Assembly: GCF_964355755.1 (NCBI RefSeq)
Contig: NC_092680.1
Location: 6,572,001-6,636,000, forward strand
Source of the DNA: Antedon mediterranea
Taxonomy: Eukaryota > Animalia > Echinodermata
Direction of reading: 5' to 3'
Length of the DNA: 64,000 nucleotides
The notes under the pieces were generated by a model. The model made no database searches. It was not told where the DNA came from and saw nothing but the letters and a program-made list of their open reading frames with translations. A program made the translations under genes and the position numbers. Positions 12,302 to 56,035 of the stretch are shown piece after piece (the stretch's first letter is position 1; each line of letters begins with the position of its first letter).

Positions 12302-13765
12302 ACATAACTGGTTACTATAGCATAATAAACATGCGCAGAGTCGAATAATGTGTTCTGCGCATGTCAATTATGCTATAGTAACCAGTTTTATCAAAAAATA
12401 AAAAGGTCGAAATTTGGCTATTTTTTGAAAAAATCCCTGTACTATATTATGAAGAAATGTTCGAAAATGGCCAATTTTCGAACCTTTTATTTTTTTGGAC
12501 ATAACTGGTTACTATAGCATAATAAACATGCGCAGAGTCGAATAATGTGTTCTGCGCATGTCAATTATGCTATAGTAACCAGTTTTATCGAAAAATGAAA
12601 AGGTCGAAATTTGGCTATTTTCCTAAAAAATCCCTTTACTATAGTACAGGGAAATTTTCGACCCTTTGATTTGATTGACATAACTGGTTACTATAGCATA
12701 ATAAACATGCGCAGAGTCGAATAATGTGTTCTGCGCATGTCAATTATGCTATAGTAACCAGTTTTATCGAAAAATATCGAAATTCGGCTATTTTTTTGTA
12801 AAAATCCCTGTACTATAGTCCAGGGAAATTTTCGAAAATGGCCAATTTCGACCCTTTGATTTTATTGACAAAACTCGTTAGGCCCTACTATCGCATAATA
12901 ATTATGCGCAGAGTCGAATAATGTGTTCTGCGCATGTCAATTATGCTATAGTAACCAGTTTTATTGAAAAATAAAAAGGTCGAAATTTTGCTATTTTTTG
13001 TACAAAATCCCTGTACTAGTAGGCCTACAGGGCAATTTTCGAAAATGGCCAATTTCCAACCCTCAAAATTTATTTTATTGACATAACTGGTTACTTTAGC
13101 ATAATAAACATGCGCAGAGTCGAATAATGTGTTCTGCGCATGTCAATTATGCTATAGTAACCAGTTTTATCGAAAAATATCGAAATTCGGCTATTTTTTG
13201 TAAAAATCCCTGTACTATAGTCCAGGGAAATTTTCGAAAATGGCCAATTTTCGACCCTTTGATTTTATTGACAAAACTCGTTAGGCCCTACTATAGCATA
13301 ATAATTATGCGCAGAGTCGAATAATGTGTTCTGCGCATTTCAATTATGCTATAGTAACCATTTTTATCGAAAAATAAAAAGGTCGAAATTTTGCTATTTT
13401 TTGTACAAAACCCCTGTACTAGTAGGCCTACAGGGAAATTTTCGATCATGGCCAATTTTCGACCCTTTTATTTTATTGAGATAACTGGTTACTATAGCAT
13501 AATAAACATGCGCAGAGTCAAGTAATATGTTCTGCACATGTCAATTATGCTATGAGTAACCAGTTTCATCGAAAAATAAAAAGGTCGAAATTTGGCTATA
13601 TTTTTTTGACTAGTAGGCCTACAGGAAAATTTTCGAAAATATCCAATTTCCAACCCTTTGATTTTATTGACATAATTAGTTACTATAGCATAATAAACAT
13701 GCGCAGAGTCGAATAATGTGTTCTGCGTCAATTATGCTATAGTAACCAGTTTTATCGAAAAATAA
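12302..13765. repeat. Tandem array of 8 palindromic ~190-bp units
   Basis: Units start near 12302, 12499, 12678, 12868, 13081, 13271, 13479 and 13670; each has the hairpin aactggttactatagcataat..catgcgcaga/tctgcgcatg..attatgctatagtaaccagtt. Confidence 0.95.
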
Positions 13766-13829
13766 GAATAAAAACTATTATACTATAGCATAATAAATAA
13801 AGTTGTTATTATTATAATCGGCTACAATA

Positions 13830-14615
13830 ACTCTAAAGCCACCCAATCGATAAAATCAAGCATTTTAATATCAGACTTATCAGATCATTTTCCAGTATTG
13901 TTTTTTAAGCACGACAGAAATATTTTGAAAACTAGAGAAACAAAAATACATTTTTAAACAACAAAATACAATACAGTGTTCACAAACCTTTAGAACAGAA
14001 CTTCTAAATGAGCAATGGGAAGATACCCTAACATATTCAAATGCTAATAAGGCATGCCATTCATTTGCAGATAAAGTAACTACTACTATACACAGGTGTT
14101 TTCCCCGTGGATGACTAATGCCATACAAAAATCTATCCTATCCCAAAACAGATACAAATCGAAACCAACACACAATAACAAACTAACATATAATAATAAC
14201 ATAATAGAATATTGTGACAATTAAATCAAAAGAATCGGTATTGATGTAAAAAATACGTTGAAAGTAAAAATAAAAATAATATTATGTAGAAATAGAAAAA
14301 TGAATATTCTAAATGACATAAAGATGTTTACTGACATAGCAAAAGCTTTCAATACATGCTTTGTTAATATTAATATTATAATCATAATATATTATGACCT
14401 AATTTCAAAACCAATTGCTAATATTGTTAACAATATTTCCAGATCAATTAAAAATAGCAACTGTGCCTGTGTATAAAAAAGGGAATAAAGATGAGGTCAG
14501 CAATTATAGACCGATATCTATATGTCTATGATCTATGAGGCGGTAGTGTACAATCAGACACCAAATAAATTGATAACAAAACGTTCGTAATAGGGATCTT
14601 CCTAGATCTGACTCA
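13830..14615 (+). mobile_element. Highly decayed CR1/L2-group LINE fragment (APE end to RT start)
   Basis: SSILISDLSDHFPV (~13858), FNTCFVNI, PVYKKGNKDEVSNYRPIS (~14466-14520) and VIGIFLDL, with stops and frameshifts. Confidence 0.8.
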
Positions 14616-14759
14616 ATGAATTAATATTGCTTGAAAACGATATTCACAGATATTAGATATAATATGATAATTCGATAAAATTTGTATTCAAATTTCGAAA
14701 ACTATATGCTATAATCGTTTATAACGGCATTAAAGCGATCGGTCAATCGGACAATATTA

Positions 14760-16780
14760 CATAACTCATTAACCTCTTCTGCTTCTTCTTGCTCATCAGA
14801 GGGAAAAGAACTTCATCTTTTTCCTCATCATTCATTCGTTTGCTTTTCTTGTTGTTTCCACCAACTTGAAGAAGGCAATCTAAATCATCAATAGCTTCCA
14901 TAGCATCTGCATAATTCTCTCTCCAAGGCTGACTTCATCAGTTGTATTCTTACAATACTGATTTACCACAGGAAGTTGGACCGCTGATCACAGCCGAAAG
15001 GTGTCACTAAACTGCTATCCATAGCCTAATCAATGTGCTACTTTTAAAACTGAAACATTTATTATATTATATTATTTATTATACCTACAATTTCATTCAG
15101 GTTTTAGTAAAAAATTGTTATACATTTAGTGAAAAAAAAAATTTAAATTAGACATTAAAATAAATAATTAGTGAGTGACTATTCAGTAGAATGATACCTT
15201 TTTTAATAAAAAAAATAAAACCAACAAACACTATTACAAAACTATTAAAAGCTATATAAATTATAAACTTTTTTTTTTCTTTTTTTTAAATGTTGATAAA
15301 CATTTATACATTTTATTTAATTTATTTAATACAGTAAACTCATTTAAAACGTATAGTATTACATACAAAATGTTCAACAGACAAGGTAATTAATACTTAT
15401 ACTTTATGCATAATATTTATCTAGTGAAAATAAGTTTGTGCATAATTTTTTGGTCCCCCAGAAACGAAAGTGTAGATAATAATCGTTAGGGTTAATTCCC
15501 CTAAATAATCACCAAGTGGTGGTCGCTATTCTCCAGGTTTAGAAAAAAATACACAAGAATCGGTGTCGTAGTACAGCACACGGTCTTGCAACTTTTCCAA
15601 TAAGTCATGCTCCAAAATGTCCAAAAGAATGAGTCTCTGTAGTTAAGTAATCTGCTGATGGAAAAAGAGAAATTGTATTCAGCTTCAAAAAGTTCATAGA
15701 AAATACAAAATTACAGGCAGAGGCTATGGTTATTAAACAGTTAGAAAACGGATCGACCCCTTCCTGATCTATACCATTATCAAGAACAGTTACTCGTTTG
15801 AATACGTGCCTAAATGATAAGCAGCAAGGCCTAATAATGTCCACGTCACTAACGCAATAATCAATTACCTGACTTTTTAAATCACCTCGCCTCCGCTCGT
15901 ACAAAATAAGAAAATCATTCCGGGCCGATTCATACATCTTGACGGGGTCTTACATCGAAGCATCGAGATATGGACCTACATAGTTTGCATTAAATTTATG
16001 AGGAAAGTATACCTTCTTTAACTCATTAATGCCAAAGGTTTTAGGTAGATTGGCTAAAGCCATCGTTAAAAAATGAAACGAATAGTAGTACCCTTAATTT
16101 TACTAAAAAGAATCTTACCACCATTAGTTATGACATCTGGAACAAAACCACATGAATACAAGGTAGGCCTAACCATAAACTTGATAGTTATGAGCAAGGC
16201 ATGTAGTATTATGACCGTAAGGATATTTTTTCAATACATACTCACAGAACTGGAATCAAGCGTCATCACCGTAAATTATTTTAGTCTTTTCCCCACAAAC
16301 ATCACATTCTTTGGAATCAACATCACCGGTGATAACAGTCTACACAGCATTTCTGTAGAACAGAGATTTGGAATATGTTCACCAGTCTCTTGTGTACACT
16401 CAAAATCGAAGAAAAAGAACTTCTCCACCGCATTTTTTCTTTCAATATCTTGAACTCTTTTCTGAAAAGATAAAAAAAAATAAACAAAAATACAAACTAT
16501 ATAATTAACACATTTAAATATTATATTTTTTATTTTAATATTAGTGATTATTCAGTAATGTAATACTTGATTTACTTACCATCCCTGCACCGTATTGCTG
16601 AACCATTTCATCATCCTCGATATCCATTTCTTCATACATTCGTTCTGGCTTGCGAATTAGGATGGGTAACGGAATCATCTCCAGCTACATCTACATTCGG
16701 CATACCAATTAGATTTACAGTATTGTGAAACGTCGTTAATATCAAAATTCTCAATCAGCATATCATTCTCCGCAACACAC
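14760..16780 (-). mobile_element. Deleted Polinton/Maverick remnant: protein-primed PolB plus packaging ATPase
   Basis: Minus-strand motifs FFFFDFECTQ..HIPNL, AHN, MALANLPKTFG..YFPHKFN..NYVGP, YCVSDVDI, TIASAC, RVLYYDTDS, GDYLGELT and FVSGGPKNYA; downstream VISGPTSCGKS Walker A (~14960-14992). Confidence 0.88.
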
Positions 16781-16789
16781 CAAGCATTT

Positions 16790-17075
16790 AGTTTTGCACT
16801 GTGCGCTACTATACCTATTTTTGTTACAGTCGCGCACAGTGATATAATAAATAGGATTTAGTTTAGCACTGTGCGCTACTATACTCATATTTGTTGTATT
16901 TGCGCACATTTTGATATTGAATAGGATACGATTAAAATCACCGAGAAGTATAGAACTGTGTGCTACTATACCTATTTTAGTTGTACTAGGGTACAGTGAA
17001 AATGAATAGGATACGATTTTAAAAAAATCAGCAATAATTAAGTCTCAAGCACTGTGCGCTACTATACCAAACTTC
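16790..17075. repeat. Short array of 4 hairpin-forming units (gcactgtgcgctactata...gcgcacagtg)
   Basis: Copies near 16797, 16867, 16955 and 17049. Confidence 0.8.
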
Positions 17076-17539
17076 AAATTGCTTTTAATCGTATTCTATT
17101 AATTCATCATAGATAATGCCTCATATAAAATAAATACCAAGTGTTCCAGGCTAAATCCTAACCATGGACATTTAAATATACAAACAGGTGAGCATATATA
17201 GCCAATAGCGAATTAAGGTGTGGCCTAAGTGGCTCAACCAGCCTAACAAACATAAATACAGTATAAATCCATTAATAAAGGTAATAAACTTAAACTTACC
17301 AAAGATTATGCTTACTACTTCTATACCAGAACATGTAGGCCTGTATTAACATTAGTATACTTCATTGTAATATTATTTCTTGAGGACACATCCACCTAAC
17401 ATGGCTTTACAACTGTAACTGGCCTTCAAGACCCACCCAGGTCAAGCTCCATAGTGAGCCACCTGGAATAGCTAGTACTTTAGGAACACAACTGGGTAGC
17501 CAAATTGATCCCTAGACTTAATTGGAACATATAAAAGTA

Positions 17540-17850
17540 CCGAATTGAAACTTACAGGGATTTTTGTCGAACATTTTCCTGTGCTATTGTGGATTCGTTC
17601 AAAAAATGAGCCCATTTTGACCTTTCTATTTTCGACATAACTGGTTACTACTGTATATCACAATTGACATATGCAGAGCACATTATATGATTCTGTGCAT
17701 GTCAATTTCAATATAGTAACTAGTTATTTCAACAAATAAAACGGTCAAAATTAGGTAGAATTTCGAAAATTTCCCTGTACTACAGTACAGGAATTTTTTT
17801 CCAAAAATGGGCAAATTTCGACCGTTCTATTTTTTAAATAACTTGTTGGC
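17540..17850. repeat. Diverged solo copy (~1.5 units) of the 190-bp palindromic repeat
   Basis: cataactggttacta..gacatatgcagag..ttctgtgcatgtcaatt..atagtaactagtt and ccctgtactacagtacagg match the 12.3-13.8 kb unit. Confidence 0.85.
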
Positions 17851-19980
17851 CATTTTTCTAAAATTTTATAATTGAATTATGAAAATTTCATTACAAAATT
17901 CCTTAACAAATGGGCAATTTCAGACCATTATATATTCCATTAGAAAGCTATAGTTATCATATATGCTAGATGCAGCTAATGTTTTACTACTACTGTACGT
18001 TGAAAAAGCAAAATTATTTCTTAGAGGGCGCCACAAATAATATTACAAGAAACTAAACCTACTTTAATTTCTTGTTACTTTTTTTATTTGATATTCTACA
18101 GTCAATACGAAAAGAAAAACAACCAATGTACAACATCTTAACAAATGATTCCACGCCATTTATTCAGTTGAATGATCTCTTTTTGTGTTATAGCAACATG
18201 TACAGACTAGGGACTTTTAAAATGACACTAACTACAGAAAGAAAAGTAAAACAGTGAAAATAGTTTTTTGGTGACGTAATAACAATAATTGCTTTTCATA
18301 TACAGTTACATAATGCCATTCGGGTTGTATGATTACGAATACAATTTCAAGATGTCTTATATGACGCATAATTAGCATTGTTTCTCGTTCACTTTCTTAT
18401 GAATAGAAATACAACATAGAAACCTAGGTTTTTTTAAATACAGGACTGTTCCTCAGGATTAGTTCCTACCCACCTTAGCAATCTGTGTCCATGGAACAAA
18501 AGGGTAAATAAAGTCTAAATGGCCCCTTAATAAACTTATGTTTAGCATTTTAAAATAAATTTTATTAGACCAGCTTAGTAAAGCAAACAGTTTCTTATTT
18601 TGTTAATTTTTACTTTAGAATGTGAATGTAGAATGCCCAGTGTTTGACCTCAATATGCTATTTCACCGTCCCTATTATTATTACATACAATTTTAGCTAA
18701 TTCAATGTATTGGACAATCACAAAAAATTCTTTATGCGTCATTCTGAGACAATGTACGACTAAACGAAATAAGGACACCGGAAAACTATTCACAACATAT
18801 TAACACACATAGTCACAATTGATCTTATTTACAGAAATTTTTACAATGAACATCACCTCTGCAGCTCACAACACAGCACTTCTCTACAAGAAAAAAAAAC
18901 AAAAAAAAAACAATAACATCTTTCTTTATCACTTAAATAACTATCACTCTTTTTGTTTTACTGAGGTAAAGAACTACTTGGAAAATGCATACTGGCATTA
19001 CATCAATGTTGATTCATGTTCTATTCAGGGTTTCTATATATATAACATCATATACAATTCTGTTACAATCTGCAAGGTTTCGTAATTACATGAAATACTG
19101 TTGATGATTTTCTAGAAAGGGAGTACTTACTAGCAATAATAATGCAGCACTAATTAAGTGCCACATACTACCCACCAATAAGGCAAGCTTTGCTTACCAT
19201 ACCAATAGGAAAACATCAGTCACCGAGTGTTTACAATCTACCGATATGAAGTTAGCATTGCTTAAATTTACACCAATAGGAAGCAAGCATTAGCTAAATT
19301 ATTATGTAGCTATGTCGACTTTCCACTAATAGGAAGCAAGCATTAGCTAACTTTTATGTAGCTATGTCTACATCCACCAATAGGGATGCAAGTATATCTA
19401 GTAGTGAGATTCATAGAAGTAATCCCTAAAATACAATCTAACTATGTTATGCTTTGTAGCATCAACTACCAACAGTTTGATTAAATTGCTTTTGCTGCAC
19501 TCAAATTCTTGAAACAATTTGTTTGAGATTTTGTGATCCCGATGATTTGCACATACTTTGGTTTACTAGTTTTTAGTCGCATCGCATCACACAATATTCC
19601 AATCTACACTCAAGGTGCTATGCAATTCCAACATCCACAACAGAAATCGCATACTAGACGGTTGCATGATATATACACATATTCATATAAGTTCTCACAA
19701 GGTATACCATCATTTCTAAATAAATAATCGCTTAATATTTTTGCTATCACCAGGAATTTTACATCGCATATGAAATCAAAGTTCTCAGCTGGAAGTGAGG
19801 AATTTCACACAAACATGTCCCATAATTTTTTACAAACACATTTCTTGACCAAATTCGACAGTGTTTATGTTCAGAAAGAGAATGGTTCTTGAGTTGAATT
19901 ATATTGATTCGTTTTTCTTCCTCATGAAATTCTACGGCTGTGATAAAACCCTGACGAAAGTTGTTCAGAAATTATGCACA

Positions 19981-52119
<32,139 letters not shown>

Positions 52120-52329
52120 GATTTCATCAGTTATATCCCCTTGTACAAATCAAATATTCCAAATGCAAACAATATCGAAATAGGTCCACTGTCAAGCGGT
52201 GAATGTTCGACCACTGACACAATCGGCTCCACACAATCAAGTATGAATTCCAAATAAATGTATCCTAACGTACACATACAAATCAATTCTTAATCTAAAT
52301 CCAAGGCAGAATACATGAATACAGAACAA

Positions 52330-52620
52330 TCTTCGCAAAGTAAGCTAAATCCGTTGATTACACCGCAGAATTATGCACTTTTTTTGCGTTTTGAATATGT
52401 AATTTCAGTCAACGAAGAGGCCTCGGAAAAATACCACACACAAGACTGCTGATCCACGCGGTTGAACAAAGAAGGACCAATAGTACATTCCAAATATGGA
52501 AAGTAATTGATTGGCCGTATAAAAAAACCAATCAAAACCTGGCAAACCTTGCTCACCCCACGTGCTCTTAATTTATGTTGAAAACAATCACAACTAACCA
52601 ATCAGTAAAGAGTCTCCACC
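52330..52620 (-). promoter_or_regulatory. Probable groucho proximal promoter with clustered CCAAT boxes
   Basis: gaccaatag (~52476), gattggcc (~52509) and aaccaatca (~52527, ~52597) lie 350-500 bp upstream of the ATG in CpG-richer sequence; TSS not determinable. Confidence 0.55.
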
Positions 52621-55589
52621 CACATTTTTAACGCAGATAGCAGCTTTCAGCGATGTAACGTGACTTGATAAACCGCCTAAATCGGTGATTTTTGTTTAGG
52701 TCCGCCCATGAGGTGTCGAAAGGATGCAGTTGAAGAGAAAACGTATTACTGTAAATCCAAAAATATGTATAGCAAAAAATCGTGTAGCGTATTAGTATAG
52801 TGTCATAAATAATTCATAACCCAGTACACTAACAAGTTTAACTATATGCAGAATGAAATCCTTTAATGCTATTGAAAAACAAGTGTATCACCTAAGAAGA
52901 GAATATGAACGTGTTTGTCAGTTACACATCGGAGACATTATTAAAGAATAATACGCGAGTAAACTACGTCACACATGCAGTGTATTATTAATTATAAAAA
53001 GATACAGTTATATCGCCCACACAGACTATAATTAATCATATGAAAACTGAATGTCTGTGTATAAACCTATATTATTAATGAGCAATATGAAGTTTGTGGA
53101 AGTGAATCGAATCCTAAATTCTATGTAATACAACGACTCAATTACCGCCAGCAAATTTTATAGATATGACTGCAAAATACTTGCTACATATTATGCCTCA
53201 TTTTGCGCTATTTTTCATTCTTCAAATAAAATGAAAACAAGGCGGTTTAAATCAGTGACAGTGTGCTAACGCGATGACTTGCAAGTCCCGCCTACTCGTC
53301 GATGATTGGTCAGTTGTTCAAGTAAATATTAAAGTCACTGTTCAAGCGTCGGTGACTTGGTAAATATTACGGTTGTTGCTACAGACCGTAATATACAACT
53401 TTGTGAACTGAAACGATTTATGCAGTGTTATAACAAGGCAAACAAAAAGTAGTTGCTGAATCATAATAATTTATAGTTTTAATGGGAGTGTACAGACTTA
53501 AATAAACCTTCATTCATTAGTGCAATGATTAATAATCTTTGTGGTACATGATTTTTTTGTTGTGATTAATTACATGAGGAAAGCAGCATATATTGGGTAA
53601 GCGTCTTCAAGGTGCCATTTGATTGCAAAATATAAACCATTAGTGAAGATTGCTTGCAGGCTGACGCGTTTTACTATATATTGGTTAGAAGATAAGCAAT
53701 GAACATTGGCACTTAAGTGTAAAATGCATATTTTAAACAAAGTATGAGCTTGAAAAGGCTTCATATTGGCATGACATGTATACAAGATAATGGCCTATAT
53801 TATGAATATGAATTACATATTGTAACGAGACTCCCCCCTCCTCTCCTTTTTCTCATTAGGCCTACTTATTTTCTTCCATTCATGATCTCCCCAAACATGC
53901 TGCGGATGTTAAAATACAAATACAAACACGCCCCTGGTAGTTTTATATATGATTATATAATTTAAGCATGAGCTTAGCTTGAGCATAGATTATAAAACAA
54001 GACCATATAGATCCTTAAATATTGCTATTTTCCTGTTCCCACTCCTTCGCTGGCTATTATCACTTTAATTGAGCTCAATGAACAATGAAGAGAGCTTGTA
54101 TTATTTGTCTTTCCTAATGCATCCCAACAACAAGGTGAATTGACCTGTTCCTTATAGCCTTCCTTATTCCGGCAGGAAGCCATTCGATTGGCTTATTATT
54201 GTTTAACAAGAGAATATCATGGCTCATCATACTTCCGTATCATTTTTTAGATGCGATAAACACATTAGCAATTGGTGTGCTATAGTGCCAAGTGAAATAG
54301 GTCACCTGATGTGGATAACTTTTGTGGTTTCATTGAAATAGGTTATGACTGCTTGATAGACTGACCATGGGGAATAGTTAGATATCTTCAGTGATTTTAT
54401 AACCAATGTCTCACAGAACACCTATTGTTATTTTATATTACCTTGTTAAACTGGACTTATTATAAAATGTACATTGACTTATTTATTTTATTTTATTTTA
54501 TTCAAACTCATTCCACAGCGGGAAACCCGCCCCTTACAGAATGGAATAAACTATACCATATAAAAATATATATAAATCTTAAAATCTAACATTACAAAAT
54601 TATACAATTTTACTAATTTTATTACAAAAACAATTATAACGGTCAAAAAAGAGATCAATAGAATTATCTTTAAGAACACAATTATTAAAAAGAAGACAAA
54701 TACGTGAAATAAATCCATTCTTGGTAACATTAACACGACAATACGGCACATATGGTATAAATATGTTTCAATTATTTTTATATTATTAATTATAGATTTT
54801 GTGTGACAGGACCTCATCAAAATCACACATTCCTGTTTTTTATTTTAAAAAAATGATGTACTCTATCAGATAATTAACCGTATTTAAGGGACTTTGTCTT
54901 TTATATAAATTATTATTCTTCTAAACTGCAACCAGTTAATATTTAACAGAACCTTAATATAGTTTTTTTCCAAAGACAAATTTATTAACCTATAATTGAC
55001 TAACAGAAAAGTGCTCCTTTTAATGGATGTACCCCGAATAGAGGTAGTTTTACTATAACACAGGAAAAAATCGCATTATTGTCTCAAAATGTTTCCGAAT
55101 TTAAAGTTTATAATATGTACACTGTACAATATATTCAGTATTATGCAGAATAAATACAGCATATTATTGATTTATACAGGTAAATGAATATTAAGTTCAG
55201 CTATCAAAATTAAACTGTCACCCTGTGCATTTAAAATTATTTATACAATGGCCTTCAGTTGCTAAGAACATAAATCTATATCAATTCAAATTTTCTTTAA
55301 AATATACAAATATAGACTACACTAAAAACACTACATTAATTTGAGATTGGTTGCTGAATTAAACAAAATATACACATTTCTTGGATTACTGCTGTAGATC
55401 TGGAAGACCAGGAATTCTTAATTCAAATCATTATTTTCTTTCACTGCAAGCATGTGACAGTTCCTATCCAATGAAAGACCATCACTGACTACTTCTGTAT
55501 CAATGCTGCAGCATAAAGTCATGCTAGGCCTGCTGAATATTTACAGCAACAAGACATAATAGGCCTAAGACAAGAATAATACATTATTA

Positions 55590-56035
55590 TGTAGGAAATT
55601 TTCATACTGCTCCAAATCAATCAAATGTTTTTTGTTCAGATCATATTGTATTAATATATACTGTTCTCCTTTATGGTCTAATCATTTTTAAAAAGATATC
55701 AACCGACTTAAAGTTTGTTATAATGATGCTTGTTGGGACAACCCAGAGTGTTAGTGCGAGGAATTTGTTTGTGGAAAACAATATTCCATCATTTTATGAA
55801 TATTTGAGGATTTCGACTTACCGATTTCTTACAAGAATAATGAAAAGCGAAAACAGAATGTTAATTTCTATATATAAATATTTGTTGATGGATTCAAACA
55901 TGTACTACAAATGGAGAGAGGCATTATATACCAATAGATAAAAGTTTTGGTCCTCTCTCCTTCATCTATTTTTTTGTAATGTATTATACAATATGGACAA
56001 TTGTCTGAAATAAAAGTTGAATTTAATTGAATTGA
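55590..56035 (+). mobile_element. LINE (L2/Daphne-like) ORF2 3' fragment
   Basis: RKFSYCSKSIKCFLFRSYC..YCSPLW, SARNLFVENNIPSF, RIMKSEN; aataaa plus (attga)n tail. Confidence 0.7.

Noticed and set aside
12302-13765. CRISPR-like look (conserved palindromic repeat with variable spacers)
   Set aside because: Spacers are homologous to one another, units are far too long, there are no cas genes and the context is eukaryotic.
16073-16453. 126-aa plus-strand ORF
   Set aside because: Antisense shadow of the Polinton PolB remnant.
18015-18035. CTCF-like tagagggcgcca at the gene/repeat boundary
   Set aside because: Only a half match to the motif; not supportable without a PWM score or ChIP data.
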